A stretch of DNA of 64,000 nt, from positions 2,912,001 through 2,976,000 of the forward strand of contig OY970368.1 of assembly GCA_963718615.1 (NCBI GenBank), written 5' to 3'. Within the stretch, counting starts at the first letter, position 1. Each line of letters opens with the position of its first letter. This DNA comes from an uncultured cyanobacterium (lineage in GTDB: Bacteria > Cyanobacteriota > Cyanobacteriia > PCC-9006 > JAAUQQ01). Under the pieces are notes generated by a model that was given only the letters and a program-made list of their open reading frames with translations, was not told where the DNA came from and ran no database searches. A program made the position numbers and the translations under genes. Shown one piece after another: positions 10,708-20,866 of the stretch.

Positions 10708-12228
10708 ATGGTTCGGGCAGCTTCTCGGCGCACAGGATGGCAACCCCTCGATCGCTGGGCGATCGCCCTCATGGCAATTCTGGCTTTACTGACGGCGTTG
10801 CTTTGGGGAAGCGGCGACCATAGCCTGCCTCGGGTGAGGGGGTTTAATTGGGAAGGTCGCCAGGTGGGTTCCATGGACCAAGCGATGATCTTTAACTTTA
10901 GCCGTCCCATGGATCGAGAGACCGTGGAACAGGGCTTTAAGTTGGAGCCACCGCTTCCCGGTAAGTTTAGCTGGGCGAGACGGCGGATGGCCTATACGCT
11001 AGATGTACCGCTGCCCTATGGAGATCAGGAATATAGGGTGGCGATAACCGGGGCGAAGGATGCCCTGGGCGGCGCTGGCGCTCGTGAGATGGAGCCGTTT
11101 GTGGGACGATTCCGGAGTCGCGATCGCGCCTTTGTCTATATTGGTGTGGACGGAGAAGAGGCGGGCCGATTAATTCTGTATAACCTGACCCAGCAGGGGG
11201 CTACGGTCCTGACGCCAGAAAATTTAGTTGTGTCGGATTTTGAGCCTGCGCCCGAGGGCGATCGCATTGTGTTTTCAGCGAGCGATCGCCAATCGTTTCT
11301 CCAGGGTTTGCCCGACCAACAGATTTATCAGGTCACCACGGGGCTGAGTGATGGCTCCAATCCAGACCAGAAACCCCAATCAGCGGGGGAAGTCGTGCAG
11401 ATCCTCGATAGTCAAAACTATCTCAATTTAGGCTTTGACTTGGCTCCCAACGGCAAGACACTGTTGGTGGAACGGGCGGAGAAGCAAAATCCAGGCGCGA
11501 GTTTTGGGTTATGGATTATTCAGGGGAATCAGGCGGCTAAGCCCTTTGAGACTGCACCGGGGGGCGAATTTTTGATTACGCCCGATAGTCAATCCCTGGT
11601 CATGGCCCAGGGGGAAGGCATTGCCGTGCTGCCCTTGGAGTCGGGGGCCAAGCCGATTGATTTTTTGCCCAAATTTGGTCAGGTGCTCGATTTTTCGCCC
11701 GATGGCACCCAGGCAACCATGGTCAAATTTAATGGGGACTATACGGCGTCGCTGTTTTGGGTGACGAATCAGGGGATTCAAAAGGAACTCTGGAGGCTCG
11801 ATGGTGCCGTGCTACAGGCCCAGTTTGACCGGACCCAAACGCGGCTCTACTGTTTATTCTCCAAGCGGATTCCCGGCGAGATTTATCAAGAGCAACCCTT
11901 TGTCGCCGTGTTGGATTTAGAAAAAGCTAAAGCCGCTAAGGGCTTGACAGCCCCGAAGACGCTCTATGAATTACCGGTTAATCAGCGGGATGTCACGCTT
12001 AATCTTGCCCCCGATGGTTTGGCGCTGATCTTTGACCAGGTGAAATCAGCCCAGGGTCAGCAGGAAACCGGTGTGCGGGGGAGTGATGGTCGGGCGATCG
12101 CAGAAAGTCGGCTGTGGGTGCTACCGCTGCTCTCGCCGGTTTTGAATGGAGTAGCGGACACCTCGGTGGAGACGCCAGAGGCGGTATCCTTGCCGCTTCA
12201 GGGGTTGCGACCCAAGTGGATGCCCTAG
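10708..12228 (+). CDS. membrane-anchored Ig-like plus TolB-like beta-propeller protein
   Basis: N-terminal TM, FSRPMD Ig-like motif, repeated (S/A)PDG blades. Confidence 0.7.
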   Translation: MVRAASRRTGWQPLDRWAIALMAILALLTALLWGSGDHSLPRVRGFNWEGRQVGSMDQAMIFNFSRPMDRETVEQGFKLEPPLPGKFSWARRRMAYTLDVPLPYGDQEYRVAITGAKDALGGAGAREMEPFVGRFRSRDRAFVYIGVDGEEAGRLILYNLTQQGATVLTPENLVVSDFEPAPEGDRIVFSASDRQSFLQGLPDQQIYQVTTGLSDGSNPDQKPQSAGEVVQILDSQNYLNLGFDLAPNGKTLLVERAEKQNPGASFGLWIIQGNQAAKPFETAPGGEFLITPDSQSLVMAQGEGIAVLPLESGAKPIDFLPKFGQVLDFSPDGTQATMVKFNGDYTASLFWVTNQGIQKELWRLDGAVLQAQFDRTQTRLYCLFSKRIPGEIYQEQPFVAVLDLEKAKAAKGLTAPKTLYELPVNQRDVTLNLAPDGLALIFDQVKSAQGQQETGVRGSDGRAIAESRLWVLPLLSPVLNGVADTSVETPEAVSLPLQGLRPKWMP

Positions 12229-12244
12229 TGCGACTAGGCTGTGA

Positions 12245-13492
12245 CTAGGGCGCGACTGCTGTTCTCATCGGCTGCGAGGAAGAGATAGATTCAACCTTGA
12301 GGATTGGATCGAGGATTTGATCATAGATCTCTTCCAGGTGGGCGGTATTGATCGCCAAGTCAAAGCGCTGGGTGACATGGACACGTCCGGCTAATCCCAT
12401 GGAGCGCCTAAGCTCTGGCTGGGCCAACAGTCGCTCGATCGCCCGACTCAGTTCTGCCACCGCCCGTTCGGGAACCAGCAATCCCGTTTCGTGATGACGA
12501 ACCACTTCGCGAATTCCTCCGGAGGCGAAGCTCACCACCGGCAGCTCCATGGCCTGGGCCTCGGCAAATACCATTCCTAACCCCTCCAGATCCCCCTGGG
12601 GCGTTGTCACGCTGGGCACACAGAAGAGGGCCGCTCGGTTCATCCAGTAACGCACCGCCGAGGCGGGCTGACGTCCGAGAAACTCGGCTTGTACTCCGCT
12701 TTGCTGAGCTTGCTTTTCGAGTTGCGATCGCAACTTTCCCTCCCCAATGATCACCACCTTCACATCCGGATATCGCTGCTGAACCGCCTCCATAGCCTGG
12801 AGCAAATAGGTACAGCCCTTTTTCTCCACCAATCGTCCGACAAATAACACCACCGGCTCACGGGGTAACAACGGCTCCGGCTGAAATTGCTGGAGATCAA
12901 TGCCGATGTAATGGGTTGTGACTTTTTCCGGTGGACAACCCTGGGCAAGCAAATGCGATCGAATGCAATCCGAGACGGCAATCACCTGAGCCGCTTCGGC
13001 AAAGAGCTGTTGTCGCTGACGAATATAGCGATATTTGTAATAGGTACCTCGATGGTAGAGCAACTGATGGAGATCTCCCCAGGGAGTTCGTCGTTGGGCG
13101 GGAAGCTGGAGTGCCGCATCATAACCGTGGAACGTAACTACGAGGGGAATTCCGAGGCGGCGGGCGATCGGTAACGCCTGGACAGCATCGGGGCCGAAGT
13201 GAGCATGAAGCAACTGGGGCGATCGCCCTTGCAAGAGCCGCAAAAAAGCCCGAGGCGGATGCTGAAGCAACTTAAGCTGGGCCTTCCCCCAAGCAGGCCA
13301 CCGGACCTGGTCTTCGAGCAGACAGAAGCGATCGCCCGGTAGGGCCTCCCACCCCGACTGACGCGAAACCCCCACGTAGTAGCCTTGGTAGCGCTGGAGG
13401 GATTCCGCTTGGGCTGGGATAAAGGTTTCAGAATAGGCGAGGAGGCGATCGCGATAGATCAAAACAGGACGATCAGAAACGCTATCCAACAT
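12245..13492 (-). CDS. GT4 glycosyltransferase (WcaL-like)
   Basis: SETFI, HAHFG, TFHGYD, FVGRLVEKKG, EGLGMVFAEAQA. Confidence 0.9.
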   Translation of the reverse strand: MLDSVSDRPVLIYRDRLLAYSETFIPAQAESLQRYQGYYVGVSRQSGWEALPGDRFCLLEDQVRWPAWGKAQLKLLQHPPRAFLRLLQGRSPQLLHAHFGPDAVQALPIARRLGIPLVVTFHGYDAALQLPAQRRTPWGDLHQLLYHRGTYYKYRYIRQRQQLFAEAAQVIAVSDCIRSHLLAQGCPPEKVTTHYIGIDLQQFQPEPLLPREPVVLFVGRLVEKKGCTYLLQAMEAVQQRYPDVKVVIIGEGKLRSQLEKQAQQSGVQAEFLGRQPASAVRYWMNRAALFCVPSVTTPQGDLEGLGMVFAEAQAMELPVVSFASGGIREVVRHHETGLLVPERAVAELSRAIERLLAQPELRRSMGLAGRVHVTQRFDLAINTAHLEEIYDQILDPILKVESISSSQPMRTAVAP

Positions 13493-14474
13493 AAAGAGCT
13501 TTCCAACGACGCAGCAGGTGATAAAACGGGCTCAGCACACTGGTTTGAAAGAGTTCACGCTCACATTGGGTGACCACATCTAGGGACTCAAGATGGCGAT
13601 AGTGCCAACAATGCATCAGCAGTTTGCGCAGATCATTGATCAAATAAAACAGCGTCATCGGGAACCGCTGCCAGCGGGGAAAAACCACCATGCGGGTATA
13701 GTAGCGCCCTAACCCAATGCCGCGAAAAAAGCGACAGAGATATTCCCGCTCAAATCGCCATTGCGGAATCCAATGGACAATGTGCATCTCTGGGTTAAAC
13801 CAAATTTCCCAGCCCGCCTGCTTGAGATAGCTGAGGGCTTCAATGTCCTCCCCCTTCGCCGCCAACCCCTCCCCCACCGGACCACTGAGCACCAACTGCT
13901 CGGGCACCGTTTCAAGCCAAGCCTGCCGCCGAATCATCAGACCGGCTCCCGGCGGTAGCACCTGTTTGCGGGCATAGATCCCGGTGGTAAAACAGACCGG
14001 GCGATCGCGCTCAATCACCGGCAAAAAATGGGCAATGCGCTGAAAATGCTCCGGCGGCTCCACTTCAAAATGACCATGGATCTGACTACCACAGGCTCCT
14101 GCGCGCGGATGGGCCTGCCCAAAGGTGTAAGCAGCGGCCACCCAATCCGCCTCGGGGATATTATCGTCATCCAGAAATCCAATCCATTCGCCCTGGGCTT
14201 CCCGAATCGCTCGCCAGCGGGCAAAGACAGCCCCTTGCTGAGGCTCTTGATAATACCGGAGCGTCCAACCCTTGGGCCAGTTGGCTTGATAGCGCTGAAC
14301 CACAGCGGCGGTGTCGTCCGTACTGCAATTGTCGATAATGACGGTTTCCCAGGTCAAACCGTCCAGGCCCGTTTGAGTCAGAATGGCCTCTAGGAGAGTC
14401 GGTAGCCGGTCCGCCGCATTGTATGCCCGGATAGCCACAGTAAAATTAAGGATGTCCGGAGCCGATGATTGCAT
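13482..14474 (-). CDS. hpsE: GT2 glycosyltransferase, hormogonium polysaccharide HpsE-like
   Basis: DNCSTD, FLDDDN, LPPGAGL.IRRQAW, GEDIEAL, C-terminal NDLRKL...SPFY. Confidence 0.75.
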   Translation of the reverse strand: MQSSAPDILNFTVAIRAYNAADRLPTLLEAILTQTGLDGLTWETVIIDNCSTDDTAAVVQRYQANWPKGWTLRYYQEPQQGAVFARWRAIREAQGEWIGFLDDDNIPEADWVAAAYTFGQAHPRAGACGSQIHGHFEVEPPEHFQRIAHFLPVIERDRPVCFTTGIYARKQVLPPGAGLMIRRQAWLETVPEQLVLSGPVGEGLAAKGEDIEALSYLKQAGWEIWFNPEMHIVHWIPQWRFEREYLCRFFRGIGLGRYYTRMVVFPRWQRFPMTLFYLINDLRKLLMHCWHYRHLESLDVVTQCERELFQTSVLSPFYHLLRRWKALYVG

Positions 14475-14788
14475 CTGAATTCAATGGCCAATGGTGCAAG
14501 CTGTAAAAAGCCAGGACTCAAGTTTTGGCTTGAGTAGTGATAGATGCAAAATCAAACCCAACGAATTGATTCTCTCAAACCTGATTCCAGCATGGCTCAT
14601 AAATACGGTATTAGCACGTAGGTTAATAGCTTCTTTCTACACTCTCTATTGTGCGATGAAGCTTTGCCATAGGCTCAGGATTCCCGTTTTCGCCAAAAAA
14701 TAGTCGGTGGACGTTAAGGCCAATGGGGTTTGGGAAATTAGGTTATGTTGAAGAAGCACGAGATTTGGAACAGCACAGGGCAACAATT

Positions 14789-15655
14789 ATGGGATTGGCG
14801 GAGAAGCGATCGCAGCTCGAAGCGATGTTTGCAGACCTGGACCGGGCGCTCATTGCCTATTCAGGAGGCATCGACAGCACGCTGGTGGCTAAGTTGGCCT
14901 ATGACCAGTTGGGCGATCGCGCCCTAGCAATCACCGCCGTTTCCCCTTCGCTGATGCCGGAGGATCTGGAGGAAGCCCAGGCCCAAGCCCAGGCCATTGG
15001 CATTCGCCATGAGCTGGTCCACACCCACGAGATGGATAATCCGAACTACACGAGTAATCCGGTAAATCGCTGTTACTTTTGCAAAAGCGAACTCCACGAT
15101 ACGCTCAAACCCCTGGCCCTGGAACGGGGCTATCCCTATGTATTAGATGGCGTCAATGGGGACGACCTGCGGGATTATCGTCCTGGGATTCAGGCGGCGA
15201 AGGAACGGGGCGCGCGATCGCCCCTAGCGGAGGTGGGACTGAGCAAATTAGAAGTGCGTCAACTCTCCCAGGAACTCGGCCTACCCTGGTGGAATAAACC
15301 GGCCCAGCCCTGCTTGTCCTCGCGATTTCCCTACGGGGAACTGATTACCGTCGAGAAGCTCCAGCGAGTGGGCCAAGCTGAGCAGCATCTGCGGCGGCGG
15401 GGTTGGAGCACGGTGCGGGTGCGGTCGGAAGGAGACACGGCGCGGATTGAGCTGCCGCCGGAGCAGATTGGTGAATTTGTCGCCCAGACTTCGCTGCCAG
15501 AGTTAGTCGCTGCGTTTCAGGACTATGGCTTTTTGTTTGTGACGCTGGATCTGGAAGGATTCCAGAGTGGCAAGCTGAATCGGATATTGACTTTTAATGC
15601 GTCTCCCAATGGTCCAACAATCACAACATCATGCTGCATCCTGCCCGTCCATTGA
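14789..15655 (+). CDS. larE: ATP-dependent sulfur transferase LarE
   Basis: PP-loop AYSGGIDS, NRCYFCK, DYRPG, PCLSSRFPYG, DLEGFQSGKLN. Confidence 0.9.
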   Translation: MGLAEKRSQLEAMFADLDRALIAYSGGIDSTLVAKLAYDQLGDRALAITAVSPSLMPEDLEEAQAQAQAIGIRHELVHTHEMDNPNYTSNPVNRCYFCKSELHDTLKPLALERGYPYVLDGVNGDDLRDYRPGIQAAKERGARSPLAEVGLSKLEVRQLSQELGLPWWNKPAQPCLSSRFPYGELITVEKLQRVGQAEQHLRRRGWSTVRVRSEGDTARIELPPEQIGEFVAQTSLPELVAAFQDYGFLFVTLDLEGFQSGKLNRILTFNASPNGPTITTSCCILPVH

Positions 15656-15693
15656 TTTGACATCCATTGGATTTAAATCGAACCGAGTTTATT

Positions 15694-16206
15694 TCAGCTG
15701 GGCAAACGGTCCATCAATTGACCAACAACCTGCTGAACCTTAATATCCAAAGCACCCCAGTCTACTTCACCATAGTCATCTAACAAGGTTTCGTCAATTT
15801 CAACCTCATCAGTTGCTTCTGAGCCAGTTGCTTCCGATGACCCCGGTACATAATTTTGAAAACAGACTTGATAGCACAACTGCCAGAGATCAAACTGTAC
15901 AAGCTGATCATCTCGGCTCAAGTTCAATCGATACGCCATCGCAGGCTCCGGCAATGCGGCTAAAGCAGCTTCTAATGCGGGCACTTCATCAGGACGGGCG
16001 CGATCGAGCTGTTGCAGAATGACATCCCGCTGCTGCTGTTGCTCCAATGTGGTTCCCTCAGGCCAAGTCGCGATATCTTCGTAGTGGCTCTGCCAATCCG
16101 ACTCGGATAGCACTTTACGAAAGTTATCCAACAGACGGATAAAGGCTGGCTGCATGAGAAGCTCAGCTTGGTGCCAAGTTTTTACATCGTTAATTTGGGG
16201 CTTCAT
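15694..16206 (-). CDS. conserved cyanobacterial hypothetical protein
   Basis: AELLMQPAFIRLLDN..., DLWQLCYQVCF, GEVDW..LD.K motifs. Confidence 0.75.
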   Translation of the reverse strand: MKPQINDVKTWHQAELLMQPAFIRLLDNFRKVLSESDWQSHYEDIATWPEGTTLEQQQQRDVILQQLDRARPDEVPALEAALAALPEPAMAYRLNLSRDDQLVQFDLWQLCYQVCFQNYVPGSSEATGSEATDEVEIDETLLDDYGEVDWGALDIKVQQVVGQLMDRLPS

Positions 16207-16352
16207 AGCGATGGATTGCGACCTTGATAGATTGAGACCTTTACCGAGACCGATTAGGCTTGATACTCGATCATACAGGGGTGATACAATTGCAAGTAAG
16301 TTTGCAGCTTAATATCTATCAACTTCATCCACTTTAGAAGAGTTGAAAAGCC

Positions 16353-18995
16353 ATGGGACGTTGCCTCAGTCTCCTGTTTTGCTTATTGTACAGTTTAAGC
16401 AACGGCCTCGTGCTGGCGACTGAGGAGCCCTCTGAGCACTCCAAGGATCAGCCCTCTGAGCAGCCCTCTGAGCAGCCCACGAAGCGCTTCTCCAACGCCC
16501 TGCTGCAAAACGGCATCCAGCGCTATCAAGCCGGACAGACTCAAGCGGCAATTGATATGTGGAAACAGGCCCTTGCAGAAACGGCACAACCCTATCAGCA
16601 GGCTCTGCTGCTCAATTACCTAGCGTTGGCCTATCAACAGCTTGGACAAGTCCAACAAGCCCAGAGCGCTTTAATCCATGCGAAAACCCTGCTCGACGGT
16701 GAGCTCGACGGTGAATTGCCCCACGGCTTCGATCAACATCAAACGGCCTCTATTCAATCCCGTCTTCTCAATACCCAAGGTCGATTATATTGGTCGCAAG
16801 GTCAGATTGAGTTGGCTCAAGCGACCTGGCAAGCTGCCCAGGAGGCCTATGGCATCGCTGAAGATCCGGAAGGTCAACTGCTAGCAACACTCAACCGAGC
16901 GCAGGCGTTGATGGCCTTGGGATTTAATCACCAAGCAGAGGTTCAACTGAGCCAGAGCTATCAGCAATTACAACGTTATGCCCCCGATAACCCTAATCTG
17001 AGCGCCACAGGACTGCAATTGCTGGGCATCGTCTTGCGGCAGGTGGGTCAGCCTCAGCGATCGCAACAGATCCTGCAAGAAAGTCTCAGCATCACGCCCC
17101 CTACAGCAGTAAATCAGCAGGCTAAAACCCTTTTGGAACTGGGGAATGGCGAACAGGTTTTAGGCACTCGCTTGAAAACCCTGGGGAAACGGACAGACTC
17201 GCAAGCAGCGACACAGCAAGCTTTACAGTTTTATCAGCAAGCGGAAACCCTCGCAACGGAGCCGCTGGTGCAATGGCAAAGTCGATTAAATCGGCTGGCG
17301 CTCCTCGTGGATACGGATAATTCGCAGGCGATCGCGATCGCCTCCACCCTCCAAACCCAGCTCCCAGCCTTTCTCGCAACCCAGCCTCCCAGCCATGCAA
17401 CGGTCCAAGCCCAGCTCAATTTGGCAGACCGCCTCATTGACCTCGGACAAAATCCGGAGCCTCTCATTCAATCCACCCTGATTCAAGCCAAAACCCTAGC
17501 GGATTCCACAGCAATTTCCTATGCCCTTGGGCAGCGGGGCGCTTGGTTGGAGCAGCAACAGCAATGGGCTCAGGCTCAATATTGGACAGAGCAAGCCCTG
17601 GTAACACTTGATCCAGTCCAAGTGCCGAGTTTACGATATCGCTGGGAGTGGCAGCTCGGGCGGTTGCTGCGACAGCAACGGAATCTACCGGGGGCGATCG
17701 CCGCCTACCAAGACGCGGTCACTAGTCTCGAAGCGGTGCGGGGAGATTTGCTGTCTATTAATCCAGAACTCCAATTTTCCTTTCGAGATGATGTAGAACC
17801 AGTCTATCGTGAGTTGGTGGGTCTACTACTCGACGAGTCCAAGGCCAAGGACGGTGCTCCCAGCCAGTCCGTGCTTAAGCAAGCCATTCAGCAGGTTGAC
17901 GCATTGCAGCTCGCAGAATTGGAGAATTTTCTAGGTTGCAAACTGGCTCGAACCGTAGCGCTCGGAGCGGTTACCGCTGATCCAAAGGCGGCTAAGCTTT
18001 ACCCCTTGATTCTGGACGATCGCCTAGCCATTATCCTTGAACCCCCCGGACAACAACCGTTGCAGTACCATGAAATTCGTGTAGAACGCCTGATAGTGCA
18101 GCAGCAACTACAACAGCTTCGGCAAGATTTGGCGGCACCGGGACGGACACCAGAGGCGATCGCAGGACTCACCACCGTCTACCAATGGCTCATCCAACCC
18201 TTTGAAGCCCAACTGACAGCCCAGAATGCCGAAACCTTGGTGTTTGTCTTGGATGGGGATCTGCGCAATATCCCCATGGCGGCCCTCTATGACGGTGAGG
18301 ATTATTTAATTAGTCGCTATGCCGTGGCCCTGTCACCTCGATTGCAGTTGTTTGATCCGAGACAGCGATCGCGCAATCTGTCGGTATTTCTCGGGGGCGT
18401 TGGTAAGCCTCAGGATTTGGCTGGGCGGAGTTTTCCGGCGATCGCCAACCTAGAACCCGAATTAGACGGTATCCGCGATCTCTTTTCCACTCCTCAACCT
18501 TTACTCAACGAATCTTTCACCAAACCTCAGCTCACTCAATCGTTATCCAGTCAATCCTTTTCAGCCATTCATCTCAAAACCCACGGCATCTTTAGCTCAG
18601 ACCCTGAAGAAACCTTTGTGGTCGCCTATGAAGGCTTGCTCACGGGGCAAGAGCTAGGGCAGTTGCTGCGGGGACGAGAAACCAAAGCAGGAACGCTCAG
18701 TCCAGTGGAACTCCTGGTATTGAGCGCCTGTTCTACGGCCCAGGGCGATAATCGGGCGGTCTTAGGAATGGCCGGATTGGCTGTCCAAGCGGGGGCGCAG
18801 AGTGTAGTTTCGACATTATGGGAAGCGCAGGATGTGCCAAATACAGCGTTGATGCTGCGCTTTTATGAGGCGTTGAAAAATCCAGCGGTGAGTCGGGCGG
18901 AGGCGTTGCGATCGGCACAGTTGTCGTTGCTGGAAGAGGGCTATACAACGCCCCATGTTTGGGCAACCTACGTGTTGGTGGGCAATTGGCTATAA
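16353..18995 (+). CDS. exported TPR-CHAT (caspase-like) protein
   Basis: N-terminal signal-like segment, TPR helices, SFRDDVEPVY, LRNIPMAAL, IHLKTHG (His), LLVLSAC (Cys), HVWATYVLVGNWL. Confidence 0.92.
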   Translation: MGRCLSLLFCLLYSLSNGLVLATEEPSEHSKDQPSEQPSEQPTKRFSNALLQNGIQRYQAGQTQAAIDMWKQALAETAQPYQQALLLNYLALAYQQLGQVQQAQSALIHAKTLLDGELDGELPHGFDQHQTASIQSRLLNTQGRLYWSQGQIELAQATWQAAQEAYGIAEDPEGQLLATLNRAQALMALGFNHQAEVQLSQSYQQLQRYAPDNPNLSATGLQLLGIVLRQVGQPQRSQQILQESLSITPPTAVNQQAKTLLELGNGEQVLGTRLKTLGKRTDSQAATQQALQFYQQAETLATEPLVQWQSRLNRLALLVDTDNSQAIAIASTLQTQLPAFLATQPPSHATVQAQLNLADRLIDLGQNPEPLIQSTLIQAKTLADSTAISYALGQRGAWLEQQQQWAQAQYWTEQALVTLDPVQVPSLRYRWEWQLGRLLRQQRNLPGAIAAYQDAVTSLEAVRGDLLSINPELQFSFRDDVEPVYRELVGLLLDESKAKDGAPSQSVLKQAIQQVDALQLAELENFLGCKLARTVALGAVTADPKAAKLYPLILDDRLAIILEPPGQQPLQYHEIRVERLIVQQQLQQLRQDLAAPGRTPEAIAGLTTVYQWLIQPFEAQLTAQNAETLVFVLDGDLRNIPMAALYDGEDYLISRYAVALSPRLQLFDPRQRSRNLSVFLGGVGKPQDLAGRSFPAIANLEPELDGIRDLFSTPQPLLNESFTKPQLTQSLSSQSFSAIHLKTHGIFSSDPEETFVVAYEGLLTGQELGQLLRGRETKAGTLSPVELLVLSACSTAQGDNRAVLGMAGLAVQAGAQSVVSTLWEAQDVPNTALMLRFYEALKNPAVSRAEALRSAQLSLLEEGYTTPHVWATYVLVGNWL

Positions 18996-19035
18996 GTGCG
19001 ATCCAGTGTAATAGATATGCCTTCTCCTGGCTAGA

Positions 19036-19236
19036 TTACGGGTTTACGCCCCTCAGTGCGAGTTCATGGATATAGCTTTGTCCTAAAAATTGAAGGCGAT
19101 CGCGATAGATACTTGACTGAGGTTGGCGATCGGGGTAATACGAATGACCTAAGAATTTCAGCTCAATTGGGGGTGAAGCAACGGCGACTCCGGCTGGGTT
19201 GATTTCGTAGCTGATTCCACGATATTTCAGAATCAT
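19036..19236 (-). CDS. DUF4278 family small protein
   Basis: MILKYRGISY start plus two further LxFLGxSY repeats. Confidence 0.75.
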   Translation of the reverse strand: MILKYRGISYEINPAGVAVASPPIELKFLGHSYYPDRQPQSSIYRDRLQFLGQSYIHELALRGVNP

Positions 19237-19317
19237 GACTGCTTTTCCTGGCTGTTGTGATAGTACTAGAGATCAAGGGCAACAGATTCAGAGATTGCTG
19301 TATTGCCCTGTAGAAGT

Positions 19318-19350
19318 CTCCTACGGCTCTCCAATAGAAATTATTCAGAT
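19318..19350 (-). promoter_or_regulatory. putative alternative-sigma promoter, copy 1 (toward the DUF4278 gene)
   Basis: Minus strand reads ATCTGAATAA-tttctattggagagc-CGTAGGAG; same boxes and 15-nt spacer as copy 2. Confidence 0.65.
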
Positions 19351-19480
19351 CAAACGGACAAAATCACTCAAAATTACTGCGATGACTGGAGTCGTTCAAG
19401 CATTTGATCTTTTCCCGAATGCTTGCTGAGCTTCACGCTTAGTCTTCCTAAAGCGGCTTATTTATCAAAATTCCATCTCT

Positions 19481-19513
19481 ATCTGAATAAACCTGTTGAG
19501 TGCTTCGTAGGAG
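19481..19513 (+). promoter_or_regulatory. putative alternative-sigma promoter, copy 2 (toward the RTX gene)
   Basis: ATCTGAATAA-acctgttgagtgctt-CGTAGGAG. Confidence 0.65.
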
Positions 19514-19609
19514 GTTGCAGAGGAGAGTGTAGCGCGCTGCTGAACGAGAACCACATCTCTACAGTTTTTCTCCTTTGATTCAACCGATTACCCCACAGGA
19601 GCAAATATC

Positions 19610-20776
19610 ATGGGAACTAAAGTTCTTGGACCTAATGACTACAATTTTTCAGCATCTAAAGAGTGGGATTACTTTCCTTATCCCAGCAAAGTCTGGAAAC
19701 CTTGGACAATTACTGGCAATGCTCGCAATAACACGCTAACGGGAGGTGAAAAAAACGACACGATTTTTGGAGGATTGGGTGACGATACCATCTTTGGTTT
19801 AGCAGGAAATGATTTGCTTTTTGGTCAAGCCGGTGACGATCGCCTATACGGGGGCAGCGGGGATGACTCGCTCTCTGGTTCGGATGGCAATGATGTGCTT
19901 GAAGGAGGAGCAGGCAACGATTATATGGATGGGGGCTCTGGCAACGACTACTATTACGTTGATTCTTTCAATGACAAAATCATTGAACTCAGCGGTTTTG
20001 GTCTCGACACCGTTGAAACCAGCCTGAGTGGCTATAACCTAGCGGCTAATGTCGAGAATTTGGTTGTTTCGCCGTTCTCCAATGGTGGAAGCTTTTTCGG
20101 CAACTATCTCGCTAACACAATGTATGGCAACGCTACTGGCAATGAACTCTACGGTATGGATGGCAATGATACTATCTTTGGCCGGGGAGGAAACGATATC
20201 CTAATTGGCGGTGCTGGCAGTGATGTTCTCTATGGCGATGACGGCAATGATCTCTTGTATGGATCTTACGATGCAGACCAGCTCTATGGAGGCGCTGGTC
20301 ATGATGTGCTGTACGGTGGCGGTGGCAATGACTACCTCGTTGCGGGGACAGGGACCGACGTTCTCTTGGGTGAGTCCGGCAATGATACTCTGGTCGGATC
20401 TGAAGGCTCAGGCTCCGCGATGCTCAATGGCTCTGCCACCGTCGCAAGCAATTACTTTGATCCGGGAGAGTTCGATACACTGATCGGTGGCATCGGATAC
20501 GATACGTTTGTTCTTGGTGGAACTTGGGGTGTTTCCTACTTTGAGAGTGGCGATGGCTATGCCACGATCCAAAACTTTGATTATTCCAGAGACAAAATCC
20601 AGGTAAAAGGAGGCTTGGGCACCTACAGTTTAGAGTTTAAGGAACTCGGCGGCGTTGGCTCTAGTGCGAAGGATACGGAGATCTACTTTACGAGCAGCAA
20701 TGGCGTAAAAGACCGGATTGGTATTGTTCAGGACACGACCAATATCAGCATCAACCGTGACTTTTTGTTTGTTTAG
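19610..20776 (+). CDS. RTX/hemolysin-type calcium-binding repeat protein
   Basis: Many GGxGxDxLx nonapeptides; AGGAG RBS; C-terminus DFLFV; no signal peptide (type I secretion-like). Confidence 0.92.
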   Translation: MGTKVLGPNDYNFSASKEWDYFPYPSKVWKPWTITGNARNNTLTGGEKNDTIFGGLGDDTIFGLAGNDLLFGQAGDDRLYGGSGDDSLSGSDGNDVLEGGAGNDYMDGGSGNDYYYVDSFNDKIIELSGFGLDTVETSLSGYNLAANVENLVVSPFSNGGSFFGNYLANTMYGNATGNELYGMDGNDTIFGRGGNDILIGGAGSDVLYGDDGNDLLYGSYDADQLYGGAGHDVLYGGGGNDYLVAGTGTDVLLGESGNDTLVGSEGSGSAMLNGSATVASNYFDPGEFDTLIGGIGYDTFVLGGTWGVSYFESGDGYATIQNFDYSRDKIQVKGGLGTYSLEFKELGGVGSSAKDTEIYFTSSNGVKDRIGIVQDTTNISINRDFLFV

Positions 20777-20811
20777 TTTGTAGTCGGTAGTCAGGGTGTC
20801 TAGAATGAGTG

Positions 20812-20840
20812 CAGGATGGGATTTTCCCATCCTGTTTCTT
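20812..20840 (+). terminator. hairpin terminator between the RTX and FHA-like genes
   Basis: caggatggga-ttt-tcccatcctg followed by tttctt. Confidence 0.7.
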
Positions 20841-20866
20841 CGGCTTGTTGTTTGGGGAGATTCAAA

